NCBI GenBank assembly: GCA_032718475.1
Contig: JAUCBJ010006709.1
Span: 1-34,595, forward strand
DNA length: 34,595 nucleotides
Reading direction: 5' to 3'
Origin: Nemertoderma westbladi
Taxonomy: Eukaryota > Animalia > Xenacoelomorpha
This document shows, piece by piece, positions 33,853 to 34,595 of the stretch; positions within the stretch are counted from its first letter, which is position 1, and the number at the start of each line of letters is the position of its first letter. The notes under the pieces are model-generated. The model saw only the letters and a list, made by a program, of their open reading frames with translations, was not told the DNA's origin and searched no databases. A program made the translations under genes and the position numbers.

Positions 33853-34595
33853 TTTATTGTTAATTAGAGCATATTGAATGAACGAACAACATGACAGATT
33901 ACTTTGTATTTTTAAGTATCGTGTTCTAATACAAACACGCATATATTCAAATTTTTTCAAGCATTAGTAGCATTTAAATCGTAGCATTTAAATCCATTTC
34001 CTTGAATTAATATCGTTCCAGAGGTCGTGGGGTTCTACCCCTGCAGGCGGGCCAGGATAGTTTTCGTTTCGTTTTGGCACAAATGCTTTAAAAGTACTAA
34101 CCAAACCAGGGCGCATATATGCTTTGTTAATTAAATGGTCGTTAAATGAGTACCAGTTATCTCTTTGCCTGTAAGCAGTATAGTTCTGTGGGGTCTATAT
34201 TGGGAATGAGTCGTGAGACCTTCTTTTCTATTTTTCGCACTTGTTTCAAGGAGCTCTCCTTGTTTTGTTTTCGTTTCCGCACTCATTGCCTCTAACATAA
34301 GGTAAGGACGACCGAATCTGTGCAACTACTGTATATTTTTTTAATTATCTATTTAATAAATTGTTGCAGAAATCACGTTATTTTATTTTCTTCAATACTA
34401 GACTCTTTTCACTGATAAATTAATAAAGATAAGCCAACTTTACTATGTATATTTATAATAATAATACGATTTGTTGGTATTTTTAAAAACACTAGCTACT
34501 GTACCATTTTTATGAATAGGCTACACTAACTACCATTGAAAACACTAGCTACCATAAAAATTACACATGTACCGAGTCGGAAATATGTTCCAGAA

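Noticed and set aside
34015-34060. tRNA-like B-box (gaggtcgtggggttctacccc)
   Set aside because: No cloverleaf or A-box could be built; at most a decayed SINE head.
34131-34325. Minus-strand 64-aa ORF, possible host exon or Penelope-like LPYVRG remnant
   Set aside because: Too short, with no second supporting motif; cannot be assigned by eye.

Overview
AT-rich eukaryotic (most likely invertebrate animal) genomic DNA made almost entirely of nested mobile elements; no prokaryotic operons, rRNA or CRISPR. 1-3400: fragments of a BEL/Pao gag, a CR1-like LINE and a second non-LTR element. 3402-12688: decayed Polinton/Maverick (adintovirus-like) with pPolB C-terminus, a TATA-binding-protein-like gene, packaging ATPase, RVE integrase-chromodomain, two paralogous minor capsid genes (then tandemly duplicated as a 1.58-kb block), a core-like protein and the major capsid gene. 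12689-16510: probably a second, internally deleted Polinton (AGTAGT terminus, unknown ORF, RING protein, ATPase-integrase deletion junction). 16.8-21.1 kb: a large inverted repeat containing nested MITEs and an RTE fragment. The most interesting part is an 8.8-kb unit (21591-30415) bounded on both sides by (CA)n tracts and GGGGAC-motif arms. It carries a five-exon gene not visible in the ORF track: Tudor-like domain + 30 x 11-aa SQ-rich repeat + zinc fingers + tyrosine recombinase + SANT/Myb-like tail. It looks like a microsatellite-targeting Crypton-type element lying in tandem with related units. All family assignments come from motif recognition by eye, not database searches.
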